From Phycisphaeraceae bacterium (GTDB taxonomy: Bacteria > Planctomycetota > Phycisphaerae > Phycisphaerales > Phycisphaeraceae): a stretch of 64,000 nucleotides of DNA. This document shows positions 1 through 9,590 of this stretch, in pieces. The translations under genes and the position numbers were made by a program. The notes beneath the pieces are model-generated. The model was not told the origin of the DNA. It worked only from the letters and a program-made list of their open reading frames with translations, and searched no databases. The stretch's first letter is position 1, and every line of letters starts with the position of its first letter. Where the stretch lies: the NCBI GenBank assembly GCA_963674705.1, contig OY771506.1:4832001-4896000 (forward strand). The letters run 5' to 3'.

Positions 1-677
1 ATATATGGTCCATCGGGAGCGTCGCTCATCAGTCCACCGGTAGTACCTGTGACATGCTTCAGCCATCTTCGGATATGGCTGATCCGCAGTCTTGCCATCG
101 CGGTCGATTGATCGTTAGGCGTCATGGCTTCAACCTGATCGAGTGTCCGACTCAATGCGATCGATGAGACCTTGCCGCGCTTAGGCCCAGACCAAGTGTC
201 GGGTTCCTTCGAAACACGTGAGGCAGTCTCTCGCATGTAATCAATCGGCTGGACACCGATCAGGCATTGCAGCGACTCTGCGAAACCGAAAGCAAACGCA
301 CCGATCAGTTTGCCTCCCTTACCAGGGATCCGCTCTTCACCTTCCTCCCAGAGATAGATCGGTGAACCGGACATCCCCTTAACCGGGCCGGACTCAACCA
401 TGCGGTCGTCGTTGCTGCGGACCCAGATCACCGCATAATTGGGGCGCTTGTTTGGCTCGATACTGATGACTTCAATATTGAAAGGCTCGATCACGGTGCC
501 GTGGAACACAGTCAGGCCGTAACCCTTCATACCGACCCGCACATCTTCCAGATCCATTGTCGGCGTGGGCTTATCAGGAACCTTGATGTTCTGAGCATGT
601 GTTTTTGAGCCTGCACATACTAGCAGCGCAACAAGACCCAGAACCAAAATATTAATTCGGTAATTAATTTCTTGCAT
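1..677 (-). CDS. SpoIVB-type peptidase S55 domain protein, secreted (runs off the window edge)
   Basis: Not in the ORF track; translated by hand from ATG 677. Signal peptide, then MDLEDVRVGMKGYGLTVFHGTVIEPFNIEVI...GPVKGMSGSPIY...GKLIGAFAFGF, with the S55 GMSGSP serine motif. Confidence 0.85.
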   Translation of the reverse strand, partial: MQEINYRINILVLGLVALLVCAGSKTHAQNIKVPDKPTPTMDLEDVRVGMKGYGLTVFHGTVIEPFNIEVISIEPNKRPNYAVIWVRSNDDRMVESGPVKGMSGSPIYLWEEGEERIPGKGGKLIGAFAFGFAESLQCLIGVQPIDYMRETASRVSKEPDTWSGPKRGKVSSIALSRTLDQVEAMTPNDQSTAMARLRISHIRRWLKHVTGTTGGLMSDAPDGPY

Positions 678-877
678 GGTAAATGTAAGATACCCCTGTC
701 ACCGGCTGGTGACAAACCTATAGATGCTGTAAGTACATTTGCTTGTATTCATGCCAGGTATTTCTTTTTATCGTCATAGTCATTGCCTGATCTTGGGTCG
801 TGTTCGCCGATCAGTCCAGTTAATGGCAAATCACGCGGTTTTGTGATGCGGTCAGGACCTCTACATCAGTTCTTTAA

Positions 878-2542
878 CTAATCTGTAGCCGTGCCTTCTC
901 CGGTATCGCGCATTTGTTGAGCCTTGAGTTGCTTGCCAGTGAGGGCTCCAAGTTCAGTAAGTGCGTCCACTAATTCCTTACTTTTGAATTGGCGTGCGCG
1001 ATCCAATGGTGTCAGGCCGTGCTGGTCGGTAGGATTTAATTCTGCACCAGCGTCAACCATGAGTTGCAGCGTGGTGACTTTGGCTTCGGGGTCATCCAGC
1101 AGGACATTCACCCCTACCCAATGAAGGGGACTGGTTTTGAAGTCAATCTCCCCACTTACGGCATTGGGATCTGCGCCGTGTGCAAGCAGGAGTTTGACCG
1201 CCTCCACACGAACATTACGTACAGCGTCATGCAGGGGTGTCCAGCCGCCAAGTATGGAGAAGTTCTTCGCAGCGTCGGGGTCTTTCGCGAGAATCATCTT
1301 AATGCGCGGGATGTCGCCCGCACCAGCGGCGCTACACAGGTCGACTTCGGCACCAAGTTCAATCAGTTTCTCATACATCTCGAGGTGCGGACCCGCCTCG
1401 TCACCCTGCGCCGCGACATGTAATGGGATAAAACCAGCGATCGTTTGGTTAACATCCACACGCGGGTCGGCGATGAGCAAAGCGCTTGCCTCAATGTGAT
1501 TGTGATGGATCGCGGTAAATAGCGGTTCGAATTTGTACTCGGTCTGCTGGCGTGGGTCGGCTCCATTATCGATCAACAATGTGATGATATCCAGCAAACC
1601 ATCGGCCGCTGCGTCATACAGCGGTGTAAATCCTAGCTGCCGCTGCGCACTCACATCCGCACCATGTTCAATCAACACGCGACAGGTCTCAAAGTCGTGC
1701 GAGATCACCGCTAACGCAAGCGGTGTGTAAAGATAATCGTTCTTCGCATTGACATCGGCTCCCCGTTCTAAAAGCTCTAGAACTTTGGCCGAATCGCCCA
1801 TCATAGAAGCGCGGTGCAACGCGGTCTGACCAGCCGGATCAGTTGCGCCGATGGGTGCGTTGGCAAGGACGTCCTGACGGTAAAGGCGAACATTGCGTAT
1901 ACGAACGGTCTCGAGACCAGCCTTGCCGCGTGGGTCCAGTTTAATACCGATGCGTGTAAGGGGTGTACCATCGGGGGGGATCGAGCTGCCGGGTCGTGGA
2001 TCGCTCCTTAACTCGTTGCGTAACAGGTTGATGTTGAGCGTATGCCATTCGCCTCGCTTGATCGGTGGCAGAACCAATAATGCCCGCAGATTGTCCTCCC
2101 CATCGACCTCGTCAAGTTGCAGGACCACCAGCACGTCTTGCTGAGCATTGACATAGATTTCAAACTCGATGTATTGATCGGGGCCCTGTGCCATGCCGGC
2201 GTCGGGTGGAACGGTCAACATGGTTGCAGCGCCCCAGCCGACACCTGATCCGACTTCAGGCAGTTGCAGTTCAAGCCCTGTCGCCCCACCCACTTCTTCG
2301 TGCAATACATTTGCATTTGTTGCGGTGCTATTACCATCCGATCCAAAACGCAGTGTAACTTCGGCTTCGATCGGACCGGGCCAATCGGAAGAAACACCCT
2401 CAGGAGTTGATAGCTGCTTGGTTGTGTTTTCTTCGCCAACCTGTACCGACACATCATCGGCGAGTAAACAGTTCATTCCCCCCAAACCACCGCAGACGAT
2501 GCATGCAATAATCCAACTGTATCTAGATTCGTGCCTGAACAT
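878..2542 (-). CDS. Ankyrin-repeat protein with N-terminal signal-like segment and beta-rich domain
   Basis: Multiple ankyrin motifs (GQTALHRAS, YTPLALAV, GFTPLYDAA, GWTPLHDAV, GLTPLDRA). ATG 2542 preferred over TTG 2563, which abuts the IS. Confidence 0.85.
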   Translation of the reverse strand: MFRHESRYSWIIACIVCGGLGGMNCLLADDVSVQVGEENTTKQLSTPEGVSSDWPGPIEAEVTLRFGSDGNSTATNANVLHEEVGGATGLELQLPEVGSGVGWGAATMLTVPPDAGMAQGPDQYIEFEIYVNAQQDVLVVLQLDEVDGEDNLRALLVLPPIKRGEWHTLNINLLRNELRSDPRPGSSIPPDGTPLTRIGIKLDPRGKAGLETVRIRNVRLYRQDVLANAPIGATDPAGQTALHRASMMGDSAKVLELLERGADVNAKNDYLYTPLALAVISHDFETCRVLIEHGADVSAQRQLGFTPLYDAAADGLLDIITLLIDNGADPRQQTEYKFEPLFTAIHHNHIEASALLIADPRVDVNQTIAGFIPLHVAAQGDEAGPHLEMYEKLIELGAEVDLCSAAGAGDIPRIKMILAKDPDAAKNFSILGGWTPLHDAVRNVRVEAVKLLLAHGADPNAVSGEIDFKTSPLHWVGVNVLLDDPEAKVTTLQLMVDAGAELNPTDQHGLTPLDRARQFKSKELVDALTELGALTGKQLKAQQMRDTGEGTATD

Positions 2543-2565
2543 TGATTTGTGCTTCCTAGTCAAGT

Positions 2566-3302
2566 GGCGGATTCAATTCCGAAGCGCAACACCGGGGCCG
2601 ATAAGTGAGGTATCGGGGCAGGCGGTAGATTGAGGTTGTTCAACGACCTTGATCCACGCCGGAGCCCGCGATGCCTCAGACACAGTTTAGCAACTACGAA
2701 CGATACGTCATCACCCACATGCACAACGCCGGGTTCAGCAACGCCCAGATCGCGCGGCAGCTGGGCCGACACCGTGCCACCATCGGTCGCGAACTGCGAC
2801 GCAACCGCGATGTGTTCAAGGTCTACCACTACATCCCGGCTCAACGCCTGGCCGAGCGACGGCGCAGCAGCGCCAGTCAGCGCTACAAGCTCGACGCTCC
2901 CACAAGCGGCCTGGGCCGATACGTCAGGCGGAAGCTGCGCGAGCATTGGTCGCCGCAGCAGATCGCCGGGCGGCTTGAGCGCGAGTCACGCCGACGCGGG
3001 GCGGACCCGGCGATGCGCATCAGCCACGAGACGATCTACCGCTTCATCTACCGACGCTATCAACAGCACGGCGAACGCTGGTACGAACGGTTGCGTCAAC
3101 GCCACAAACGAAGGCGATCGCGAAGCGTCGGCCAACGCCCTGTTCGCGGACAGATCCCCGGGCGGGTAGGCATCGAGCAACGCCCGGCTTGCACGCGTCC
3201 AGCATCTACTGAACAATCGTCCAAGAAAGTGCCTCGACTACCGCACCCCGATCGAGGTCCTCAACGCCTTACCCGGTGTTGCGCTTCGGAATTGAATCCG
3301 CC
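2566..3302 (+). mobile_element. IS30-family element, internally deleted (737 bp)
   Basis: Perfect 31-bp inverted repeats GGCGGATTCAATTCCGAAGCGCAACACCGGG at 2566-2596 and 3272-3302; no target duplication seen. Confidence 0.9.
2671..3295 (+). pseudogene. IS30 transposase lacking the DDE core
   Basis: N-terminal HTH (IARQLGRHRATIGRELRRN, WSPQQIAGRL, ISHETIYRFIY, IEQRP) is joined out of frame directly to the IS30 C-terminus LNNRPRKCLDYRTP...VALRN*. Confidence 0.9.
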
Positions 3303-3356
3303 CTTTCGCAATCCTTCGCATTCTTTCGCATTTTGTCGCATTCCTTCGCGGTAACC
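3303..3356. repeat. 10-bp-periodic TTCGCA repeat block, copy 1 (putative island-end signature)
   Basis: ctttcgca-atccttcgca-ttctttcgca-ttttgtcgca-ttccttcgcg-gtaacc; near-identical to 13453-13516. Confidence 0.9.
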
Positions 3357-3621
3357 TCAAAGCATTGCGCTAGCATGTCATTCAGTTTCGGTCGAACTCT
3401 GCATCAGCTTACGGACATATCAAACGGCATTCGTATCGCGGCAACCATACTTATCGTTGCCGTTCCGAGTTGCTGCAAGTAAGACGATATTAGAACTAGT
3501 TCAAGAATCACTGTGTGATCTCTATGCCCGTATGTAACAACAAGCCATTGCATGTCAACATCAAAGCGGCAATCTAAGCCATATTCTTGTGTTCACATAC
3601 TGTTGGATCACCAGAGTGATA

Positions 3622-6114
3622 TCAGCTTAAGCAGTCGTACTCTCTGATGTCTATAGAACGAGTCGTATTCCTCCGATGTTGCAACGCAATCGTGCCAATG
3701 ACCAGCAATGCGAGGCTGGACGGCTCCGGGATGTCTGTGTAACTACTTATCGGGATACTTGTGTTCCAGTTGTTCAGCACGATATCCAAGTCATCCAGAC
3801 CTACGAAACCGTCATCGCTTGGGTCGGCGGCTGAGTTGGCAGGCGGGATGGCTTGATTCCAGTTAGTAAGGATAATATCAAGATCGTCTAGGCCGACATA
3901 ACCATCGCCGTTCAAGTCACCGGGTAGAGATAAGACGTCAAGCACAGTGATGCGGAGCATGTTGGACAGGTACTCGACGTTCAGCAGCAAGTCCGTGCAG
4001 ATTACATTGTCAAAGTTGCCGATGAACGAGCCGGAGCTGAGCAGGACGATGAAAACCTCTCCGATCTTCGGGGCGGCACCGATCACGTCGATTACGAGGT
4101 CACCATCAAGTGCGATGTTTTCCGCGAAGATCAGATCGGCGTCGCCGCTTGTCATCTCGATGTTGAGTGTGCCGGTATCGAGTTGTTCAAAGTTGCCTTG
4201 GAGCGTCAGGGTCCCGAGGCTGTCTTTGCCAGCGACTTCCATCGACCCGGTGAGATTGACGACGTCCGCGTCGAGCGTTCCGTCGATCGAGTCGGCGAGC
4301 GGCAGATCGAGTGCGGTCGCTGTGTCGCTGATCACGATACCGGTGTGCCTTTGCTGTACACCATCGTGCGTCACCGTAACGTTATGCATGCCCTTGAAAC
4401 CACGTATTGTCCCGCTGCCGATGGCATCAGAGGTCGATTGCTCATTGGTCCACCAGGCATCGTAAACCAAGTCGAGGTACGCCTGACCGTTGGGCTTGAT
4501 GGTCCAGTCGCTGTTAAAGAGCGCCGCGTCGGATCGCCAGTGCGCATCTTCCCACAGGCCCCATTGGATAAAAGCTTCGACCGCAGGATGCGCGAAAAGT
4601 GCAGTCATGACATCGGTCATATACTGGGCCTGCAGGTCCTCGTCGGTGGTGTTGAAGTCGAACTCGGTGATGTGGATCGGCAGGCCGAAGTCGTCGAACC
4701 GGTCAAGAATGGTCCAGATCTGCTCGGGTCCGGTGATCGAACCCTCATCGAAGTGGCCCTGTATCCCGATGCCTTCAATAGCGGCGTTTTGGTCGATGAG
4801 ATACTGGATCGTGCCCTCGTACTCCTGCTGGCTGGGTGTGTTGGTGCCTCCGCCGGAAGCGATGATACCGTATTCGTTCAGGTATAACTCGGCGTTGGGG
4901 TCGGCGGCCTTGGCGACGTTGAACCATTCGACCATCGCTTCGTCACCAAGGATGTCCATGAGGTCGTGGTTGGCTCTTACCTCGTTGATGACGTCCCAGT
5001 AGTCGACCTTGCCGGCGGTCGCGGTGGCGATTTCGTTGATGTGGTCGATCACATTCTGGGCAAGCTCATTTTCCAGCTCGATCTTACGACCGGTCAAGGT
5101 GCCTATGTCGTTATATTCGTCGATCTTCGCCTTCACTGTCGAGGGCAGGTTGCTGTAGCCTGGCCAGACTTGGACGTGACCGCGTGCGGTCATACCCTGG
5201 GCCTCGATCCAACTCAGTGCCGATGCTGCTTGGCTCTGGCTGAAGTTGGATCCCCATTCGCCCTCCCAAGCCGGCCACTTCAGCGTGTTCTCGAGTGTTG
5301 CGAGGTTGAACATCTCCTCGACCTTCTGCTTGTAGATCGTGTTGTCGGAGGTAGTGCTGTTGACCCGCCATGCGGCGACGGCCGTGCCCCAGACAAACTC
5401 ATGCTCGGTCATCTGCACGTCGACCTGCGCCCCCGCGACAGGTTCGTCGCATCTGAGGACGCGGTAACTCAGGTCGCCCTTGCGATATGTATCGATGTTG
5501 CTCTCGGCGGTGGTCCGCCACGTGGCATCGGATTCGGCACCGGGATACGCCGGGGGCGCTTCCACCGTGTTGGACACAGCGATGTTGTCAAAGAACATGT
5601 CAAACGGAACCGTCCCGCCGTACTCCCCAAGCAACTGCCACTTGGTGATGTTGCTCAGGTCTAGATTCTGCCAGTCGTTGACTCCGCTGGTGGGATTCGC
5701 GAGGGTCGTCGACGAAACAAGGTTTGTAAAACCCGAGGTCGACAGGTCCGACACATTAAATGTCCACTTGCCGGTGTTGCTGTTGGCATCGATCAGTTCG
5801 AGCGTGAATGTGTCGGTCTGGTTGGTGACGCCCGGAGCCATATCGACGGTGAACCGCCCGTCGGCGTAGGTACTCAGGTCCAGCGCGGAGTTAATCCCGC
5901 CGCCGCCCCAGCTGTCTGTTGTATCCTGGATGCGGATGAAACTCGACCCGGTCGTCTGAGTAAAGCCGGAGAAGGTGTAGTCGAAGCCGGTGCCATTAAA
6001 GGCCGAGAGTGTAATCTCGGCCCAAACCCGCGACTCTGTCATCGCAGGTATTATGAGCATACCGCAAACAATCAGCTGTGTGAGACGCAACTTCTTAGTG
6101 TAGAGCCCCAACAT
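3622..6114 (-). CDS. GH10 endo-1,4-beta-xylanase with N-terminal CBM-like domain, dockerin-like repeat and PEP-CTERM
   Basis: GH10 motifs ENTLKW, RGHVQVW, WDVINE (acid/base), GIGIQGH, HITEFD (nucleophile). Tail GDLNGDGYVGLDDLDIILTNWN...IPEPSSLALL...RR. Confidence 0.93.
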   Translation of the reverse strand: MLGLYTKKLRLTQLIVCGMLIIPAMTESRVWAEITLSAFNGTGFDYTFSGFTQTTGSSFIRIQDTTDSWGGGGINSALDLSTYADGRFTVDMAPGVTNQTDTFTLELIDANSNTGKWTFNVSDLSTSGFTNLVSSTTLANPTSGVNDWQNLDLSNITKWQLLGEYGGTVPFDMFFDNIAVSNTVEAPPAYPGAESDATWRTTAESNIDTYRKGDLSYRVLRCDEPVAGAQVDVQMTEHEFVWGTAVAAWRVNSTTSDNTIYKQKVEEMFNLATLENTLKWPAWEGEWGSNFSQSQAASALSWIEAQGMTARGHVQVWPGYSNLPSTVKAKIDEYNDIGTLTGRKIELENELAQNVIDHINEIATATAGKVDYWDVINEVRANHDLMDILGDEAMVEWFNVAKAADPNAELYLNEYGIIASGGGTNTPSQQEYEGTIQYLIDQNAAIEGIGIQGHFDEGSITGPEQIWTILDRFDDFGLPIHITEFDFNTTDEDLQAQYMTDVMTALFAHPAVEAFIQWGLWEDAHWRSDAALFNSDWTIKPNGQAYLDLVYDAWWTNEQSTSDAIGSGTIRGFKGMHNVTVTHDGVQQRHTGIVISDTATALDLPLADSIDGTLDADVVNLTGSMEVAGKDSLGTLTLQGNFEQLDTGTLNIEMTSGDADLIFAENIALDGDLVIDVIGAAPKIGEVFIVLLSSGSFIGNFDNVICTDLLLNVEYLSNMLRITVLDVLSLPGDLNGDGYVGLDDLDIILTNWNQAIPPANSAADPSDDGFVGLDDLDIVLNNWNTSIPISSYTDIPEPSSLALLVIGTIALQHRRNTTRSIDIREYDCLS

Positions 6115-6171
6115 ACAACAGCTCTCAGCAAATTTGACACCCGTGACTAATTTACGACCCGCTCAGATCAC

Positions 6172-7023
6172 TCAAGGATCGACGTATACGTTTTCAGCTA
6201 CCAGGCCATGATCGGTCGGGCCGCTGTAACTCACGGAAGCAGCGTGCCCGTCAGCAAACAGGAAGTTGCCCGAGTTGTCTCCGCCGTGGCGGAAGCGGAT
6301 CTGCCCCCAGTTGGACGTAGTGTCAGTGTTGTCGCCGACATCGACCGGCTGCGTGTAATCATAGCTCGAATCGCCGAGGAGGAAGTAGGGAGATCTGGCC
6401 CAGCCACTGTTATTCAGTGCGTAAATCACGGCGTTGGTATTCCAGCCGTCGTTGGGCTTCTGGGTTCCGTCGGCGACCAGGAAGATCTCCGAGGTGTTTT
6501 TCAGGGTGTGCAGGTTGGCCGGCTGCATGTAGTCGATTGGGTTCTTGGAAAGGTCGGCCTTAGTGATGTCAGGTATCAATCGGGGGTGGCTGGAATACTG
6601 CCGGATCCGGTTGATAGTGCCCGCTGAAGTAGTCTCCTGTACGATACCCGCAGGGCAGGCGTTGAACTCGGCCAGCCCTTCTTCCTGAGTGCCGGCCTGA
6701 CCCTCCTCCGCCCAAGTCTTCTCCGCCTTGCCCATGACATTCAAGATAAGTAGTGACCAATCAGTCCACTGATTAGTATTGTACGGCGCTCCGTTATTGA
6801 CCCCATACGGTGCCGAGCCGTCGTTTTGGTCGGCGTAAACAAACATGGCGACGCCCATCTGCCTCTCTCTGGAAAGGCACTGAACGCTCTGAGCCGTGCG
6901 CCTTGCCGCTCCCAGCGCGGGCAAGAGGATGCCAACTAGCAGAGCAATGATGGAGATGACCACCAACAATTCGATGAGTGTAAACCCGTCTGGGGAAGGC
7001 TTCGTCGCGTCAAATCGCATCAT
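6172..7023 (-). CDS. Prepilin-type N-terminal cleavage/methylation protein (DUF1559-like, H-X9-DG C-terminus)
   Basis: [26 protein letters not shown]-terminal RFRHGGDNSGNFLFADGHA. Confidence 0.92.
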   Translation of the reverse strand: MMRFDATKPSPDGFTLIELLVVISIIALLVGILLPALGAARRTAQSVQCLSRERQMGVAMFVYADQNDGSAPYGVNNGAPYNTNQWTDWSLLILNVMGKAEKTWAEEGQAGTQEEGLAEFNACPAGIVQETTSAGTINRIRQYSSHPRLIPDITKADLSKNPIDYMQPANLHTLKNTSEIFLVADGTQKPNDGWNTNAVIYALNNSGWARSPYFLLGDSSYDYTQPVDVGDNTDTTSNWGQIRFRHGGDNSGNFLFADGHAASVSYSGPTDHGLVAENVYVDP

Positions 7024-7174
7024 TTACTCTCCAAGCTATGCACCGTGGTCCAAGATTCAGACGCCGCAAACACGGCCAACGGCGGATTCAATCAGGGCAG
7101 CCCTTGCAGACACGGGCTCAAGGTTCAACACCCCTGCAGGTCACATCAGGGGCTCGAGTAAGTGCTTCGATAAT

Positions 7175-7190
7175 ATGAGACCGGTTTCAT
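7175..7190. promoter_or_regulatory. Putative LacI-type operator upstream of the pilin-like/GH10 operon
   Basis: Near-perfect palindrome ATGAGACCGGTTTCAT with central CG, typical of LacI-family sites. Confidence 0.55.
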
Positions 7191-7596
7191 AAATACAACA
7201 CCCATTTTACGATAATCTCGCATGTCAACGACGGCATGCAATTTCAATAAATTATTAATATATATTTATCAGATGTTTAAATATAATAAAAGAAATATTT
7301 GGCTTGTGTCGGCTTGGCGTCTGTTGGACCCACTATTGCACAGGCGGGGGTATAAGCCATTAATACCTGTATTTAAATAATTTATATATCAATAAAACGC
7401 AAATGACGTGGTCAGCCATCTTTTACATGACAAATGGCAGCCAGCCAAGTCCTGTGATTCGAGACCGTGTTGCAGAAAAAGATCCCATCCACAAGCCAGA
7501 TTGTATCAACTATTAATATCTATATATAAATAAGATATGTGTTTTCTGGCCCAGGATCTGAATCCCCAGTAATCCCGGAATCTACTGAAAAAGACC

Positions 7597-7637
7597 TTGA
7601 CATTGTGTTTGAGTCAGTTAAAGTGCAAGCGATTGCA
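7597..7637 (+). promoter_or_regulatory. Sigma70-like promoter with overlapping LacI-type operator
   Basis: TTGACA (7597)-16 bp-TAAAGT (7619); palindrome TGCAAGCGATTGCA at 7624-7637. Confidence 0.6.
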
Positions 7638-7699
7638 ATTAATTGCCCGGCCTGACTATCCATATCAGGCCGGGATCACTTTCACGGAACCAGGTTGGA

Positions 7700-8737
7700 A
7701 TGACAGCCAAACAGCCAAATCGAAGGACAACCATTTATCAGGTCGCCGAGCGTGCGGGGGTATCCAGTTCGACGGTATCTCGTGCGCTAAACGGGGTCAG
7801 CAAGGAAAAATCCCAAGGCTCGGCCAGCCGTGCTCAACGGATCCGCCAGATCGCCGAGCAGATGGGCTACCAGCCCAACTGGCGTGCCCGGGTGTTCGCT
7901 GAAGGCAAGACGCGCAGCGTCGGCCTGCTCCAGCCCAGCGAAGACACCATGTTCAAGGGCGTCAACACGCAGATTGCAGCCGGTTTTGTCTCGGAACTCT
8001 ACAAGCACAAATACCACGTCGTTTTGATGCCCATCGGAGAAGACCAGGAGTGGCAGCAGACGTTCGACGAACAGCGGGTAGACGGCTACGCGATTATGCA
8101 GCAGCTCGACGAGGTCGAAGATGTCTGTGAGGCGATCGTACGGCACGACAGCCCCGCGGTTCTGATCAACAACACCGAAAACAGGAACTACCTGCCGCGG
8201 GTCTTGATCGATGACTACACCGGCATGCAGCTGGCGATTAGGCACCTGACGCTGCTCGGTCATTCACAGATCGGTTTACACCTCGGAACTCACTCACTCG
8301 GTCACTACAGTGTCCAAGAGCGTTTGCGGGGTTTTCAAGAAGCGATGGGATTTAAGTCAGGCGATGACTCCATGATCTGGCGTGAAGACGACCAATCGAT
8401 CATGCGACACCTTGGCAGAGGCGGATCCAACCGGCCCACCGCGGTCATCTGCTATTCCCATCAGGAGGCGATCCCGTTGCTGTACACCCTGAGCCAATTC
8501 GGGATTAAGGTTCCGCAGGACATGAGCGTGATTTCGTTCAACGACATCGAGTTCTCCGAGTACCTCAATCCCCCACTGACCACCATGGCCTATGACGCCG
8601 ATCGTGTCGGTCGTGTCTCAGCGCAGTTACTACTACGTCAGATCAACGAGAATGTAGACGGAATGGAACGTGAAACTGTCACCCTCAAGCAACACCTGAT
8701 CGTGCGCGGCTCGACCGGACCGGTGCCTCAGTCTTAA
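7700..8737 (+). CDS. LacI-family transcriptional regulator
   Basis: TIYQVAERAGVSSSTVSRALN HTH, YQPN hinge, VPQDMSVISFND, PPLTT, LIVRGST; ATG 7700. Confidence 0.95.
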   Translation: MTAKQPNRRTTIYQVAERAGVSSSTVSRALNGVSKEKSQGSASRAQRIRQIAEQMGYQPNWRARVFAEGKTRSVGLLQPSEDTMFKGVNTQIAAGFVSELYKHKYHVVLMPIGEDQEWQQTFDEQRVDGYAIMQQLDEVEDVCEAIVRHDSPAVLINNTENRNYLPRVLIDDYTGMQLAIRHLTLLGHSQIGLHLGTHSLGHYSVQERLRGFQEAMGFKSGDDSMIWREDDQSIMRHLGRGGSNRPTAVICYSHQEAIPLLYTLSQFGIKVPQDMSVISFNDIEFSEYLNPPLTTMAYDADRVGRVSAQLLLRQINENVDGMERETVTLKQHLIVRGSTGPVPQS

Positions 8738-8821
8738 TCGACAAATGTGGAATCCGTCACTAGGGCGAACCCTTTTCTGCTTCATTTGGCAATAAGAATC
8801 ACTTACTGGAGGAGAGTCAAC

Positions 8822-9493
8822 ATGAACTTGGTCAAGAGTCTTATCAAGGTTTCCATCCCCTGCCTGGCTGCTTGCATCGCCTTACCGACCTACGGCTCCA
8901 TCGCCACGTTCGATGAGAATGTCCTGCCCACAAATCCCGAGAACGGCGCAGGCTCGTTTACTTTCGGCGATTACTCGGTCGCCGGGGCCGTGACAGTCAC
9001 CTCGTCGGGCATCGTGCTGGATGTGGTTGACAGCGACGGCAGTAACGGTGTGTTCGGTGGCATCGGCGTCGATTACATACAGCGAGATTTTGATCCTGCC
9101 GACGTCGACATCGAGCTGCGGCTGAAGATCCTTGAGAACAACGAAGCGACCCAAATCAAGATCCTCTATCGAGACCGGGATGATCCCGGGACCGCGGATC
9201 AGTTCCAGTTCACGTTCGATATCTCTTCGCTGACAACGGCTGATGGTTTTGTAACACTGACGCAAAACCTCCTCGCTCCCGGCCCCACCTACTTCCAGGC
9301 GGCGTCCGGCTACGCTGCCGGTGACGGCATCCAGAACCCCGGCTTCGACCAGTTCCAGGTCCAAGCGGGTTACGGCTCGGTCGGTCGACTCAACGTCGAG
9401 ATCGATTATGTCAAGCTTGTCCCGGAACCCTCCTCGCTGTTGGTCGGCTCACTGGTGAGTCTGGGTGTGCTTGCCCGTAGAAAGGTGCGCTAA
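8822..9493 (+). CDS. PEP-CTERM protein with one CBM-like beta-sandwich domain
   Basis: SD GGAGGAG before ATG 8822; signal peptide; C-terminal VPEPSSLLVGSLVSLGVLARRKVR. Confidence 0.88.
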   Translation: MNLVKSLIKVSIPCLAACIALPTYGSIATFDENVLPTNPENGAGSFTFGDYSVAGAVTVTSSGIVLDVVDSDGSNGVFGGIGVDYIQRDFDPADVDIELRLKILENNEATQIKILYRDRDDPGTADQFQFTFDISSLTTADGFVTLTQNLLAPGPTYFQAASGYAAGDGIQNPGFDQFQVQAGYGSVGRLNVEIDYVKLVPEPSSLLVGSLVSLGVLARRKVR

Positions 9494-9590
9494 CTTCACG
9501 AATCCTGATGGTCGGGGCAGGCGTCTGCCACCTCTTTATTAAGACCTGCGTAATCTGATCGTACTAACACTTGGTAACCAATTTTGGAGA

